Assembly: GCA_013298775.1 (NCBI GenBank)
Contig: JAAFIV010000008.1
Span: 31,028-95,027, forward strand
Origin: Ignavibacteria bacterium
Lineage (GTDB): Bacteria; Bacteroidota; Ignavibacteria; Kapaibacteriales; UBA4661
Length of the DNA stretch: 64,000 nt
Direction: 5' to 3'
Part shown: piece by piece, positions 28,271 to 37,924 of the stretch
Position numbering within the stretch: the stretch's first letter is position 1
Layout of the letters: each line of letters starts with the position of its first letter
The notes under the pieces: model-generated
The model's database searches: none
Told to the model about the DNA's origin: nothing
What the model saw: the letters and a program-made list of their open reading frames with translations, nothing else
Made by a program: the position numbers and the translations under genes

Positions 28271-28342
28271 GTGGCACAGACATTCCTGTCTGTGAGTCTT
28301 CAAACTCACATCAGGACTCACAGACAGGAATGTCTGTGCCAC
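28271..28342. repeat. REP doublet (GTGG-type REPIN)
   Basis: gtggcacagacattcctgtctgtgagtc...gactcacagacaggaatgtctgtgccac; 28-bp perfect arms. Confidence 0.9.
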
Positions 28343-28451
28343 TGAAGCCAAAAGAAGTTCATCCATTTATTTTACCTCCATTCCTAAGAACAACTCAAGC
28401 GGACGACGCATTCATCTTCCCGTTGATGGAAACATTCCCTTTTCTGTTCGA

Positions 28452-30305
28452 TTAATTCGTCCGAAACCCGCGCAAATCCCGCGCCAAATCTGGGAATAGT
28501 CGTGAGAAAATACTGGTCGTGTTAGCAGCTAAATCGCTGGGTTTTCCCGATTCTGCGAGGCTGCCGTTGTCGAGCGCGATAATCAAATCCGAGCGGCGGA
28601 TATTCGTTGTATCATTGGAAATATCGAGGATTGTCCAGTATTCACAGGAATACAAGCCATCCAAAATTTTGAGCTTCATAGATTCATCCAGCGTGTGAAA
28701 TGCTTCATCCACGACGAGGAGTTGGGGCTTGCCGATAATTGCCCGTGCAATCATAAGACGGCACAAAAGACTCTCGGATAAATTCACACCCGTTGCTTGA
28801 ACGCTTGTATTGAAGCCGTCGGGGAGGGCAATAATTTCTTCATAGACCTGCACCATTTGGGTTGCCCAGGTAAGGTCGTCGTTCGAGAAATCACGCCCGA
28901 GCAAGATATTATCTCGCACTGAGCCATCAAAAATTTCTAGCTGTGTTGTTATCACGCCTACTGCCGAGCGCGTATCTTTCATCTCCATGTGCCTGATTTC
29001 ATGCCCGTTCAGCATGATGCTACCGCTTTGCGCATCATACATTCGCGAGAGCAGTTGCGTAATGGTGGTTTTTCCTGCGCCCGTACCGCCAATCACGCTC
29101 GTGTGCATACACGATGGCACTTCAAAGGAGAGATTTTTCAGAGCTTTATTGCCGTCGGGATAAGCAAATTGTACATTTTGAAAGCGTAACGAAGCGGGAG
29201 AATACCGACGGTTGTACTTCTCGCCGTGCGTGTCTTCAAGCGGCTTGTCGGTGATGTGCGACATTTTATCAACCGCAGTGAGAAGGTCGTAGAAAATATC
29301 GAATTGGCTAATCAGTTTATCCAACGAATTTAAGACCGAAATAATGACGATTTCTGCCGCGACAAGCTGTCCGATGGATAAATCTTGGTCAATAACAAGC
29401 ATTCCGCCTAAGCCCAAAATACCGACGGTGGCAATCGCACGAAAGACCGTCGAACCAACGAGTTGCCGCGCCAAGACGCGAAAATGCTTCTTCCGCGCTT
29501 GTACGTATTCGCTCGTGATAGCATCTACGCGCTGCATGATGAAGGCTTCGGTGCTGTACATCTTGAAACTCGCGTGGCTGCGGGCAATTTCCTCCAACCA
29601 TTGCACCAGCGCGTACTTCTTTTTCGATTCCTTGATGCTTGTTTCCATACCGCCGTAGGACAGCACGAAAATAACAATTGCGGCAAAGAAAAAGAGCGCG
29701 AAATCGAACAAAATAAAGAGCGGATGATAGACCGCAAGCAGCACCAAGCCTACCAATGCCACAAGCGCAGCACTCAAGCCATCGAGAAGCAATTTCGAGA
29801 GTGATTTTTGAATGTTCAAGACATCGAAAAAACGATTGACAAGTTCCGGTGCGTATTCGCCCGCAAGAGCATCCATGCGGATTTTGGGCAAGCGCGTTGC
29901 AACGTCCAGCGCGGCTCGTACAAACAAGCGTCGTTGGAGAAGGTCAATCAAATACGATTCCATCACGGTAAAAATCCCCAGAAGTATCATTCCCACACCA
30001 ACCGCCACGCACAAGACAATGAGCTGTGGCGTAACCACGCCAAGTTGCACCGTGTTCACAATCGCTTGCGAGGAAAGCGGCACGACCAACCCCAAGAGAC
30101 CAGCAATCACCGAATATGTCACCAAAACCCAGATGTCACGCCGTTCCTGCGTTAGCAAACCAAAGAGCTTGCCTAACAGTTCACGCGTCGAGGGCTGATG
30201 GTGGTGGTCGTGGTGGTGTCCATGAGCATCGTGATGATTGTGGTCGTGGCTTGCGTGCGCGTTGTTATGCGCTGCCTGACCGTTTGTATGAGCATTTCCA
30301 GCCAT
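28452..30305 (-). CDS. ABC exporter TMD+NBD with degenerate signature and His-rich N-terminus (type I secretion-like)
   Basis: ELVNRFFDVLNIQK, TM helices, Walker A GGTGAGKT, signature LSESLLCR, Walker B LLVVDEA; 13 His in about 24 N-terminal residues. Confidence 0.85.
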   Translation of the reverse strand: MAGNAHTNGQAAHNNAHASHDHNHHDAHGHHHDHHHQPSTRELLGKLFGLLTQERRDIWVLVTYSVIAGLLGLVVPLSSQAIVNTVQLGVVTPQLIVLCVAVGVGMILLGIFTVMESYLIDLLQRRLFVRAALDVATRLPKIRMDALAGEYAPELVNRFFDVLNIQKSLSKLLLDGLSAALVALVGLVLLAVYHPLFILFDFALFFFAAIVIFVLSYGGMETSIKESKKKYALVQWLEEIARSHASFKMYSTEAFIMQRVDAITSEYVQARKKHFRVLARQLVGSTVFRAIATVGILGLGGMLVIDQDLSIGQLVAAEIVIISVLNSLDKLISQFDIFYDLLTAVDKMSHITDKPLEDTHGEKYNRRYSPASLRFQNVQFAYPDGNKALKNLSFEVPSCMHTSVIGGTGAGKTTITQLLSRMYDAQSGSIMLNGHEIRHMEMKDTRSAVGVITTQLEIFDGSVRDNILLGRDFSNDDLTWATQMVQVYEEIIALPDGFNTSVQATGVNLSESLLCRLMIARAIIGKPQLLVVDEAFHTLDESMKLKILDGLYSCEYWTILDISNDTTNIRRSDLIIALDNGSLAESGKPSDLAANTTSIFSRLFPDLARDLRGFRTN

Positions 30306-30365
30306 AGATTTTCAAGAACAAAGTTGGTGAGAACAAGAATGGAATAAGGGTGGAATGGAAAGGAT

Positions 30366-32903
30366 TTACGCCACATCCAAGAGCGAGTAATCCTTGCTAT
30401 TCTGACGCATAAACTCCTCGCGTATTGTAGTGTTTTCGGGCTTCCTGAGCTGTGCATCGTCAGCAATGAGCGCGAATGCGTCCTTACGAGCGGTGCTAAT
30501 GACATCGCCATCGCTCATTAAATCCGCAAACGCAAATTCTGGTACGCCAGATTGCCGCGTTCCCATGAAATCGCCTGGACCGCGCAAACCTAAATCTACT
30601 TCGGCAATCTTGAAACCATCGGTGGTTTCCTGCATGGTTTTGAGGCGAATAATCGAGGCTTTACGCTCGTTTCCTTCGTTTTTGCCTTGCAATTCGCGCT
30701 TGTTCAAATGAAACTTAAAATGGTCTTTCGTAGCGAGCAAACAGTACGATTGCTCCGCGCCACGCCCCACACGCCCGCGTAACTGGTGGAGTTGCGCCAA
30801 TCCAAAGCGTTCTGCATTTTCAATGAGCATCACGCTGGCATTCGGCACGTCAATTCCCACTTCCACGACCGTTGTTGCAACAAGGATATGAAACTCGCGG
30901 TTTTTGAAGGCTTTCATGGCATCTTCTTTTTCGTACCAAAACATTTGCCCGTGCAGCAAACCAAGTTTCAAATCAGGAAACACCTCGTGTTGCAGGTATT
31001 CATAATGCTCAACCGCAGATTTCGCCTCTACTTTCTCCGATTTCTCCACAAGCGGATACACGACATACGCCTGCCGCCCTTTCTGCACCTGCTCTTTGAT
31101 GAAATCCCACACAAGCGGCATTTTACTTTCAAAGACCACTTTTGTTTTAATCGGCTTGCGATTTTTGGGCAATTCATCAATCACCGAAACATCAAGGTCG
31201 CCGTACAAGGTCATGGATAAGGTGCGCGGAATGGGTGTTGCGGACATGACGAGGACGTGGGGAGCGAGATTTTTTGTTGCTTCTGAGGTATTCTTATCTT
31301 CCTGATTGCGACATTCTCCTTGTGCCAATCCCTCACCCAACCCTCTCCCAGAAGGAGAGGGCTTCAGAGATAGCTCTGTGTCTTGCCCTTCTCCCTCTGG
31401 GAGAAGGGTTGGGATGAGGGATTCACGAGAATCCAGCAAGTCTCCCTGAAACGACGCGCTCGCCTTATTCTTCAACTCCGCACGCTGCAACACCCCGAAA
31501 CGGTGCTGCTCGTCAATCACCACAAACGCCAGACGCTTGTATTCTGCGGCACTTTGGAAGAGTGCGTGCGTCCCGACGACGATGTGCGCCGCGCCAGAGC
31601 TTATCTTCTCGCCAATTTCCGTGCGCTGTTTTTTCTTTTGCCCGCCAATCAGTTGCACGACGTTTATCGGCGCGAGGTTGTGTGCGGTGCGGTGGTCGTT
31701 GAGCTTTGTGCAATAGTCCGCAATTGTGTTGTAATGCTGCTCGGCGAGGATTTCTGTGGGAGCCATAAGAGCGCATTGGTAGCCGCTATCAATTGCAGCG
31801 AGCATTGCCAAAAGTGCGACGACCGTTTTACCAGAACCTACGTCGCCCTGCAAGAGCCTATTCATCGGCTCTTTGGTGCGCATGTCGCCCATAATTTCCC
31901 GCAAAACCCGCTTTTGTGCTTTCGTAAGTTCAAAAGGTAATTGCTCCAGCATTGCACGCGCAGTTGAGCTTTTTTCCTGCACAGGCGGCGCAGCATCAAG
32001 CGTTTTTGTGCCTTTGTGCCGCATAGCAAGCAGCAATCCGAAAAAGAATAATTCCTCGTACTTCATGCGTTCACGCGCCTTTTCAAGCTCTTCGTGCGAA
32101 TCGGGGAAATGCAGTTGCCGCACGGCGCGTTGGATTTCAGGAAAATCATATTTCTGCAAAATGCTTTCCGACAAGGTTTCATGCAGGTTGGGAAGCTCTT
32201 GCTCAATCACCGATTGCACCACATTTCGCAGCACCCGCATACTAATTCCAGCATCTTTCATCTTTTGCGTGAGGCGGTATTTCGGCAGTATGCGCCCTTC
32301 GCCGTAGAGTTCGGCATCGTCGGGGTCAATTTTATCAATTTCTGGATGCGCAAATTGAATTTTTCCGTAGGCAAAATCCGCCAGACCGCTCACAGCCAAG
32401 AGTTGGTCTGCTTCGTAAATGCGCTTGAAATAGTCGGCTTGATTCCAAAACACGATTTCCGCTTTCACGCCCGAATTATCGTCTAATTCCACCACAACCA
32501 TTGTGCGATTTTTCCCAAACGTCCGCTCTCGTACCGCACGGACATACGCAACCACCGTGATTTCCGATTGCAACTTCATATTTTGGTCAGAAAATGCGTC
32601 GGTCTGTTGCGCTTGCACGAGTGCGTTGCGCAATTCCCTCAGAGACGGCACCGTTGCTCGGTCAATGTACGAGCGTGGATAGAATTTCAGCACATCTGCT
32701 GCCGTCAAAATACCAGCTTGCGCCAATGCTTCAGCGCGGCGCGGTCCAATACCGCGCAGATACTGGATTGGGGAGATATTTTTCTGGGTAGAAGTGCTTG
32801 GTGAAACAGGAGTTTTAGGCGCAGAGGTATGAGGAGACGACGAGGCGGCAGATAGCTCTGGTGCTTGCGTTTGAGCTTCCGATGTATTGGGAGAAGTATT
32901 CAT
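30366..32903 (-). CDS. recG: ATP-dependent DNA helicase RecG with an insertion between motifs II and III
   Basis: RLLQGDVGSGKT, MAPTEILAEQH, IDEQHRFG, MSATPIPRT, ATTVVEVGIDVPNA, GLAQLHQLRGRVGRG, DLGLRGPG. Confidence 0.97.
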   Translation of the reverse strand: MNTSPNTSEAQTQAPELSAASSSPHTSAPKTPVSPSTSTQKNISPIQYLRGIGPRRAEALAQAGILTAADVLKFYPRSYIDRATVPSLRELRNALVQAQQTDAFSDQNMKLQSEITVVAYVRAVRERTFGKNRTMVVVELDDNSGVKAEIVFWNQADYFKRIYEADQLLAVSGLADFAYGKIQFAHPEIDKIDPDDAELYGEGRILPKYRLTQKMKDAGISMRVLRNVVQSVIEQELPNLHETLSESILQKYDFPEIQRAVRQLHFPDSHEELEKARERMKYEELFFFGLLLAMRHKGTKTLDAAPPVQEKSSTARAMLEQLPFELTKAQKRVLREIMGDMRTKEPMNRLLQGDVGSGKTVVALLAMLAAIDSGYQCALMAPTEILAEQHYNTIADYCTKLNDHRTAHNLAPINVVQLIGGQKKKQRTEIGEKISSGAAHIVVGTHALFQSAAEYKRLAFVVIDEQHRFGVLQRAELKNKASASFQGDLLDSRESLIPTLLPEGEGQDTELSLKPSPSGRGLGEGLAQGECRNQEDKNTSEATKNLAPHVLVMSATPIPRTLSMTLYGDLDVSVIDELPKNRKPIKTKVVFESKMPLVWDFIKEQVQKGRQAYVVYPLVEKSEKVEAKSAVEHYEYLQHEVFPDLKLGLLHGQMFWYEKEDAMKAFKNREFHILVATTVVEVGIDVPNASVMLIENAERFGLAQLHQLRGRVGRGAEQSYCLLATKDHFKFHLNKRELQGKNEGNERKASIIRLKTMQETTDGFKIAEVDLGLRGPGDFMGTRQSGVPEFAFADLMSDGDVISTARKDAFALIADDAQLRKPENTTIREEFMRQNSKDYSLLDVA
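31327..31423. repeat. Palindromic element inserted in frame within recG
   Basis: aatccctcacccaaccctctcccagaaggagaggg...cccttctccctctgggagaagggttgggatgagggatt, homologous to intergenic 6836-6940; encodes LIPTLLPEGEG...PSPSGRGLGEG. Confidence 0.9.
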
Positions 32904-33009
32904 GGCATTGCACAATGCAAGGGCGAAATCGGGAACAATGTTCTCCGTGGGTCAAAAATATCTTTCCATATCAATTTTTCTACATCAATTTTTCCATGTC
33001 AATTCCATC

Positions 33010-33687
33010 TCACACAAATTCAAATAATTCCTTTGCAGAGAGCGTCAAATCAGGCAGAGCGGGCGCAGCCGAGCAAACAGCATTGTTGCGAATGAGGCTA
33101 GAATCTTGTGGCGAACGATACACGCGAACACGCTCAGAATCCGCATGAATACACCACACACAACGCACGCCATTTGCAAAATACTCAGCGATTTTTTGCC
33201 GAAGTTTCCCACGTCGGTCGTGTTTGTGGACAATTTCCACCACAAATGTCGGTGCCGTATATTTCCCTGCTTTTTGCGAGCGGGATTGCTTTTCGGTGAA
33301 ATATGCAAGGTCTGCAACCCTGATACTTTCTTTGCTCTCGGTCGTCAGAAGGCAGCGCGATTCTGCATAGAGCCAGCCTTCCTCAAAGTGCGTTGTACGC
33401 GTAAATGCACGGAGAAGCGTATTGATAATACTACGGTCTTTGGAGAGAAGGCTTGTTTCGTTGAGTTCTATTTTGTCATTGCGCCACTCGCATTTCCAGC
33501 CTTCGTGGTTTACTGGCAGTGTAAGAAAATGCTCTTTGCTGCTCATTGTTCCGTCGAGTTTAGGACGCAATACGGTGGGCTTTTTGACAGAAGTTTTGCG
33601 TGAAGAATGCTGCGCTTCTTTCATCGTGGTTGTCGAAGACTTTTTCTGTGCGTTTGTGCGCGTCTTCCCGTTAGATGTTGCCGCCAT
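33010..33687 (-). CDS. Uma2 (DUF820) family endonuclease-like protein with a basic N-terminal tail
   Basis: IRVADLAYF, APTFVVEIV, KIAEYFANGVRCVWCI, APALPDLTLSAKELF. Confidence 0.85.
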   Translation of the reverse strand: MAATSNGKTRTNAQKKSSTTTMKEAQHSSRKTSVKKPTVLRPKLDGTMSSKEHFLTLPVNHEGWKCEWRNDKIELNETSLLSKDRSIINTLLRAFTRTTHFEEGWLYAESRCLLTTESKESIRVADLAYFTEKQSRSQKAGKYTAPTFVVEIVHKHDRRGKLRQKIAEYFANGVRCVWCIHADSERVRVYRSPQDSSLIRNNAVCSAAPALPDLTLSAKELFEFV

Positions 33688-34055
33688 AGATATGGAAAAA
33701 ATGATGCAAAAGGTATCTCAATGCCTGAACGCCATGAATACGAGCGCATAAGCCAAAGCGCAATACTACGCAATCCTTGAAATATTACAAAGAGAAAGAT
33801 TGCCATCCCCCTAGAGGTAATTGCCGTGGAGATTCGATAAAACCTCGCTTCATCGCTCTTTCATTTTTTATCCAATGAAATGGCAATGAGCCGTGAAATG
33901 TGCGAAAAACTTGTAGTCTGCATGCAGAAATTATCGTATTTTGAAAATCAAGTCAAAAATATACCCCCATCTCGTGCCTTTGTGTATTGAGGTGGAAAAG
34001 TATAAAGCAAAAGGGTGCTAAATGATTTCAGTTGAAAAGAATCCTTACCTCATGA

Positions 34056-34131
34056 GTGGCACAGACATTCTTGTCTGTGAGTATTAGTGCGGGATTCAGG
34101 TGAAAAACACAGACAAGAATGTCTGTGCCAC
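34056..34131. repeat. REP doublet (GTGG-type REPIN)
   Basis: gtggcacagacattcttgtctgtg...cacagacaagaatgtctgtgccac. Confidence 0.9.
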
Positions 34132-34242
34132 TATTTGTTTTTTTACCTTTTCAACTCAATACCATACGTGATTTCCAACTGAAATCATTTAGTACCAACT
34201 CGGCTCTCGTTTGTTGTTTTTGTTATCACAATTTGATGATGT

Positions 34243-35418
34243 ATGGAAAAACTGAATCATATCCTGATAGTAGATGATGTACCAGAAAATGTACAGCTTG
34301 TTGGCTCTATGTTGCAACGGCGCGGGTATCGTGTTTCACTCGCCGAGCATGGCGAGCAAGCATTATCGTTGATTGAGCAAGACCCGCCACACCTGATTCT
34401 ACTCGATATTTCCATGCCCGATATGGATGGTTTTGATGTGTGTAATCGCCTCAAAAACGACCCCAAAACCCGTGATATTCCTATTATTTTTCTGACTGCT
34501 TTTTCTGATAAAGGGCGCGTCATTCAAGGCTTTGAAATTGGTGCGGTGGACTATGTTACCAAGCCCTTTAATTCTGCCGAATTGTTCTCGCGGATTCGCA
34601 CGCATCTGGATTTGCGTTTTACCAAAGAGCTTGTCATGCAGCGCAATCAGCAGCTCCAAGAACTCAATGACCAGCTTCATCAAGCCTCGCAGGATAAAGA
34701 CGAGTTGTTGGGAATTGTTGCGCATGATTTGAAAAGCCCTTTAAGTGCAATTCGGAGTATTGCCGAAACCCTGACCAACGACAAAAGCCTCACCGATGAA
34801 GAAAAAAACGACTTAAATCGCTCGGTGCTAGAAACGTCCGAGCGAATGTTCTCGCTCATTGAAGACCTTTTAAGTGCGAATGCGCTTGAGCGCGGGGGTA
34901 TGAAATTTCGCATGATGCCCGTAGATGTTGGTGATATTCTCCTTGAAACAGTACATCACTATAAAAATCCTGCCCGCGATAAAAATATAGCCCTGCACTT
35001 TCCCTCTACAAACCTCATATTTGCTTACACCGACGAAAAAGCACTCATCCACATTTTGGATAATCTTCTCTCGAATGCTATCAAGTATTCTCCGCAAGGA
35101 AAAGCCGTGTATGTGAGCATTGAAGAACGCGCCGCCTCAGGTGCAATGCCAGATGGAAGCATTCGTGTGGCAATTAAAGATGAGGGACAAGGTATGACAG
35201 AAGAGGATATGTCGAGACTATTTGGAAAATTTACCCGCCTTTCGGCAAAACCCACTGCTGGCGAGCATTCTACGGGTTTGGGATTATCTATTGTCAAAAA
35301 ACTTGCCGAGAGCGTCCATGCACGGGTGTGGTGTGAAAGCGTGTACGGGCAAGGTGCGACCTTCTTTCTCGACCTTCCACGCTTATCTGAAAATCAACGC
35401 GCCGAGTTTGGTGTGTGA
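34243..35418 (+). CDS. Cytoplasmic hybrid REC-HisKA-HATPase kinase
   Basis: REC: LIVDD, LLDISMPDMDG, FLTA, TKPF. H-box VAHDLKSPL, NLLSNAIKYS, KDEGQG, GLGL. Confidence 0.93.
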   Translation: MEKLNHILIVDDVPENVQLVGSMLQRRGYRVSLAEHGEQALSLIEQDPPHLILLDISMPDMDGFDVCNRLKNDPKTRDIPIIFLTAFSDKGRVIQGFEIGAVDYVTKPFNSAELFSRIRTHLDLRFTKELVMQRNQQLQELNDQLHQASQDKDELLGIVAHDLKSPLSAIRSIAETLTNDKSLTDEEKNDLNRSVLETSERMFSLIEDLLSANALERGGMKFRMMPVDVGDILLETVHHYKNPARDKNIALHFPSTNLIFAYTDEKALIHILDNLLSNAIKYSPQGKAVYVSIEERAASGAMPDGSIRVAIKDEGQGMTEEDMSRLFGKFTRLSAKPTAGEHSTGLGLSIVKKLAESVHARVWCESVYGQGATFFLDLPRLSENQRAEFGV

Positions 35419-35520
35419 ACGTTTGGGAATGTGTATATTCTCCAAACACCAGAGAAAATCAGGCTTCAGCAGATTTTCGTATCACAATAAAGTTTCTCTT
35501 TGCTATTAAACTAAACATTA

Positions 35521-35595
35521 TAGGACTTTCGCAAATGGCGCAGACAGGAGTGTTACGCGCTACCACGTGAGGCAGATTTTATGTGTCTCTGCCAC
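35521..35595. repeat. Partial REPIN (outer-IR type)
   Basis: taggactttcgcaaatggcgcagacaggagtgttacgcgctaccacgtga...; close to the reverse complement of 56160-56222. Confidence 0.75.
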
Positions 35596-35674
35596 TATTA
35601 AAAAGTAAAAACGTCTCATCTGTATAGTGTCTCTTCTCTTTCTGTCTCGTCCTTTCTCCTCAATTCCCTCTCAA

Positions 35675-37924
35675 TCACTCCGAAGGCGTATCAACGCGAA
35701 TTTCCACCATGCGAGAATACATGCGCCCTTCAGGTAAAGATTCATTGTAGATACTACTTTTGCCACCACGTGCTTTGGGAATTGCCGTAGGAATATGCCG
35801 ACCAGCCGTGATAATATTTGCCAGTGCGCGGCTCACAGCGCGGGCGCGGTCGAGAGCGAGAGCGAGATTCCGTGCGGGATTGCCATACGTATCGAAAGCC
35901 TTGTCGTTGTAGCCCGTTGCCGTAACCGTACCGCGTGCATAAAAAGGCTGCGCTGCAATGAGGCGAAAAAGCTGTTCTTGCTGGGCGGGCAGTGCAGCAC
36001 TGGTGTTGTCGGTATTTAATATGCGATATACGTCCAGCGTGCGCACGCTTTCGCCCCGACGCTTCCGCTCGGCTATGGTTATCTGCTCGACGGGAAAGGA
36101 TATTGTGGCGGTCGCGCCTTCGCCGGACTCTTCCGTGAAATCGAAATTGCAGCGTACAACGTCTTCCGTGCGAGGAATAGAGCCTTGTTCACGCGCCGGA
36201 CTCCAGACCAATTCCTCTGGTGGCGCACCTACGTCAGAGGAACGGCGAATGAGCCGTTTTGATTGCTCAAGCGTCAGCATCCATTGTTTTATTGGGCGTT
36301 TCGTATCGGCGCGGAGATTGAAGAGAATTGTTGGTGGATTTGCTTCGCGCAAGGTATCGGCAAAGACAAGCGGCTTCATAATTTCCCAGTCATCGGACGA
36401 CCATTCTACACGGCGATTTTCCTCGCTTGCAAGTGCTTCCGCGCTTTGTTTTTCTGCACCAAATTTATCTGCGCCCTGTTTCAAGAAAACTGTCGGCTTA
36501 TCAGGTTTGATGCGGGCTTCAATGCTCATTCGCTCTGGCTGAATACGCCAAACATCGCGCAAATACATCATCACCGCTTCGGCGCGGCGCGTGGCGAGTT
36601 CAATTCCCTGTTCCTGCTCGTCATTGCCAAGCATTCCCACAAGGCGCACCATTGCTTGCGGATGAGCTTTCATGCGCTTTCCAAGAATGTTCAGCGCGTG
36701 ATAATACATTTCCACGCTGCCCAAACGAGCGAGTTTTTCTTCTGTAAAGCCTGATGTTTGCTGGGTTTGAAGACGGAGATAGCGAGCGGGCATCACATCG
36801 GCGGCTTTGTCAAAAAAGATAATTGGCAAGAGCGGGTGCATTTGCCGCGAGGCGACTTCCTCCAGCGTAAGGCGCAGCAAGGGCGATTCTGCGCCAGTTG
36901 TATCAATTGCAACAGGAGCGATATTGATAGCAAGCTGCTTTGTTTGTGCGGTGCGTACAAGTGCAGGAGGCAAGAAAATACGCGGTGCTTCGGGCGAATA
37001 GCGCACACTTGCACCAAAGCGGAGATAGCCTGCATTCCAGAAATTCCCTTGTGTTTGGCTACCAATGCCTTTCTCATCCACCCAACTTGTCAGCATGGGT
37101 GTAAGATTCTGCGCGTACCAGACTTCTGGCGCGAAAAAAAAGGTTTCTTGCGGGTTGAGGGGAATGGCGTAAGAAACACCAAAGATTGCGCCCAGTTGCG
37201 GTAAAAAAAGATTACTCAACGTGGTGTCTCGAAACTCTGTACGCGAGCGTCCATCAGCACTGGTGAGGCTATCTTGCTCGAAAAAACGAATTTCGCCCGA
37301 AGCGTCAAGAATGCGACGTGTAAGGGTTCTCGTCCCAAACCCCGCACCAATTCTTGCTCCCAAATACACCGACGCACCGAAAAAAGGATGCCACGCAATA
37401 AGCGGTTCGGCGGAAAGAGTATGCACAAGCGTTTGCAAGCGATTCTCAGAAAAGCCCGTAATATCTACGCCAGAAGGACGTTGTAAAATGGACGTTTGCC
37501 CAAGAAACGTGGTGTGAAGCTGTGTGTAGCTGAGGCGTGCAGCAAGCGAAAAGGTATGCGAAAGAGGCTTTTCAAAGAATCCGCTTACGGTTGCACCCAA
37601 GCCAATGCTGCCACCGTAGGCACTGTCGTAGAACGTGCTAGGGGACATTCCCGGAAATACATCAAAGCTGGCATTGTGATAATTTAATCCATAACCGCCG
37701 TAGAGACCAACGCGCCATGCGGTTGGTTCGCGGAGCGGCGATTGTGCGTGCAGGAAGGGGAAGGAAATGAGGAAAATCAGAAAAAAAGCAGTCTTGTGGC
37801 TTCGGTAGCGCAGACATTCCTGTCTGCGCCATGTATGCCAATGAAATGGCACAGACAGTAGTGTTTGCGCTACTTTTGCATTCGGTATCGTCGTTGGAAA
37901 AATATGCGATTGGCGTTCACTCAT
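35675..37924 (-). CDS. Outer-membrane beta-barrel protein with two OmpA-like domains
   Basis: FFLIFLISFPFLHAQ signal core and barrel strands ending ASVRY. OmpA-like 1: PIIFFD, RLVG, LATRRAEAV. OmpA-like 2: TGYND, LALDRARAV, EGRMYSRMVEI. Confidence 0.75.
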   Translation of the reverse strand: MSERQSHIFPTTIPNAKVAQTLLSVPFHWHTWRRQECLRYRSHKTAFFLIFLISFPFLHAQSPLREPTAWRVGLYGGYGLNYHNASFDVFPGMSPSTFYDSAYGGSIGLGATVSGFFEKPLSHTFSLAARLSYTQLHTTFLGQTSILQRPSGVDITGFSENRLQTLVHTLSAEPLIAWHPFFGASVYLGARIGAGFGTRTLTRRILDASGEIRFFEQDSLTSADGRSRTEFRDTTLSNLFLPQLGAIFGVSYAIPLNPQETFFFAPEVWYAQNLTPMLTSWVDEKGIGSQTQGNFWNAGYLRFGASVRYSPEAPRIFLPPALVRTAQTKQLAINIAPVAIDTTGAESPLLRLTLEEVASRQMHPLLPIIFFDKAADVMPARYLRLQTQQTSGFTEEKLARLGSVEMYYHALNILGKRMKAHPQAMVRLVGMLGNDEQEQGIELATRRAEAVMMYLRDVWRIQPERMSIEARIKPDKPTVFLKQGADKFGAEKQSAEALASEENRRVEWSSDDWEIMKPLVFADTLREANPPTILFNLRADTKRPIKQWMLTLEQSKRLIRRSSDVGAPPEELVWSPAREQGSIPRTEDVVRCNFDFTEESGEGATATISFPVEQITIAERKRRGESVRTLDVYRILNTDNTSAALPAQQEQLFRLIAAQPFYARGTVTATGYNDKAFDTYGNPARNLALALDRARAVSRALANIITAGRHIPTAIPKARGGKSSIYNESLPEGRMYSRMVEIRVDTPSE
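37804..37873. repeat. REPIN in frame in the N-terminus of the beta-barrel/OmpA gene
   Basis: ggtagcgcagacattcctgtctgcgcca...tggcacagacagtagtgtttgcgctac; translates as VAQTLLSVP...WRRQECLRYR. Confidence 0.85.

Noticed and set aside
33621-33850. Possible riboswitch or small ORF upstream of the Uma2 gene
   Set aside because: No SAM, TPP, cobalamin or FMN consensus could be matched, and the 61-aa ORF overlaps the Uma2 start.
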